From the NCBI GenBank assembly GCA_003222155.1, contig QHUU01000059.1:77578-141577 (forward strand): a stretch of 64,000 nt of DNA, written 5' to 3'. Position numbers and translations under genes: made by a program. A model generated the notes under the pieces. It saw nothing but the letters and a program-made list of their open reading frames with translations, was not told the origin of the DNA and did no database searches. The first letter of the stretch is position 1, and the number at the start of each line of letters is the position of its first letter. Shown in pieces: positions 63,720-64,000 of the stretch. This DNA is from Gemmatimonadota bacterium. Its GTDB lineage: Bacteria; Gemmatimonadota; Gemmatimonadetes; Gemmatimonadales; GWC2-71-9.

Positions 63720-64000
63720 TTACTGACCCCGGGCGCGAGCCCGGGGCTTGCGGGATCGGGTCGTCCCCGGGCTTGCGCCCGGGGTTAGTGGGACCGCTTT
63801 GCCGTCTCCCCCCTCCCACGGCGGCGGGACTCGCGTCGGCGCCGGCCAAGCGATGTCCGGGAACCCGGCCGGTCCGAACCGCCCGGGTTCACCTTTTTCC
63901 TTCCGGCGCAGCGCCTTGAACACCTTTTCCGGCGTTATGGGCACCTCGTCGATGCGCACGCCGACGGCGTCGTACACGGCGTTGGCCACGGCGGGCGGTA
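63720..64000 (-). CDS. molybdopterin-binding large subunit of a xanthine-dehydrogenase-family enzyme, C-terminal fragment (5' part outside the window)
   Basis: The frame is open to the window edge. VANAVYDAVGVRIDEVPITPEKVFKAL is the conserved C-terminal motif of CoxL/XdhB/HcrA-type subunits. It is followed by an unusual Pro/Gly/Arg-rich extension of about 55 aa. Confidence 0.75.
   Translation of the reverse strand, partial: PPAVANAVYDAVGVRIDEVPITPEKVFKALRRKEKGEPGRFGPAGFPDIAWPAPTRVPPPWEGGDGKAVPLTPGASPGTTRSRKPRARARGQ
63727..63784. repeat. pair of REP-like palindromic hairpins
   Basis: CCCCGGGC-gcga-GCCCGGGG (63727-63746) and CCCCGGGC-ttgc-GCCCGGGG (63765-63784), with identical 8-bp arms. Both lie inside the last 22 codons of the large-subunit ORF. 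Confidence 0.75.

Noticed and set aside
1-64000. Search for mobile elements, prophage, defence islands, toxin-antitoxin pairs, and rRNA or tRNA genes
   Set aside because: I recognised no integrase, transposase, recombinase, phage structural gene, restriction or cas gene, and no tRNA-like T-loop or acceptor pattern. The gene content is core metabolic and housekeeping with uniform GC content.

Overview
High-GC (by eye about 68-70%) bacterial chromosomal segment, densely packed with about 62 protein genes. I saw no rRNA or tRNA gene, CRISPR array, transposase, integrase or prophage. The taxon cannot be established from the sequence. The many secreted peptidases, amidohydrolases and TolB-like propellers suggest Gemmatimonadota or Acidobacteriota, but that is a guess.

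Most content is housekeeping or core metabolism:
- gyrA, leuS, serA with a class-V aminotransferase, an argC-argB-argD-GNAT operon, selD, rnhA and dCMP deaminase.
- Thiolase, nicotinate phosphoribosyltransferase (NAPRTase), nicotinamidase, clpP and a cyclophilin.
- Signalling genes: REC-GAF-GGDEF, a Ser/Thr kinase, a methyl-accepting chemotaxis protein (MCP), an ECF sigma/anti-sigma/PDZ set, a hybrid histidine kinase, and PadR and TetR regulators.
- A MacA/FtsX efflux set.
- The end of a 4-hydroxybenzoyl-CoA-reductase-like molybdenum hydroxylase operon.

Genes 13720-14157 down to 2130-3464 form one long same-strand array with many ATGA/GTGA stop-start overlaps.

I did not find a clear multi-gene novel system such as a defence island. 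The most unusual signals are small-scale:
1. A dispersed heptamer G-tract array, (GGGAAAC)n, at three loci. Two copies are inserted in frame inside coding regions, and one of these is bracketed by a perfect 7-bp direct repeat. All have G-quadruplex potential on the mRNA sense strand.
2. A second heptamer array, (GCGGATT)4, filling the leader of a beta-barrel-cupredoxin fusion gene.
3. selD is a selenoprotein gene. An in-frame UGA followed by SECIS-like hairpins restores the conserved N-terminus that the ORF track missed.
4. A MITE-like 111-bp element built from inverted octamer arrays.
5. A cluster of GACGTC palindromes in a divergent promoter region.
6. REP-like twin hairpins that appear to encode the C-terminal tail of the molybdopterin subunit.
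7. A heme-oxygenase-like diiron-type protein translationally coupled to a cytoplasmic hybrid histidine kinase.

All functional calls rest on motif and family recognition by eye. No database search was run.
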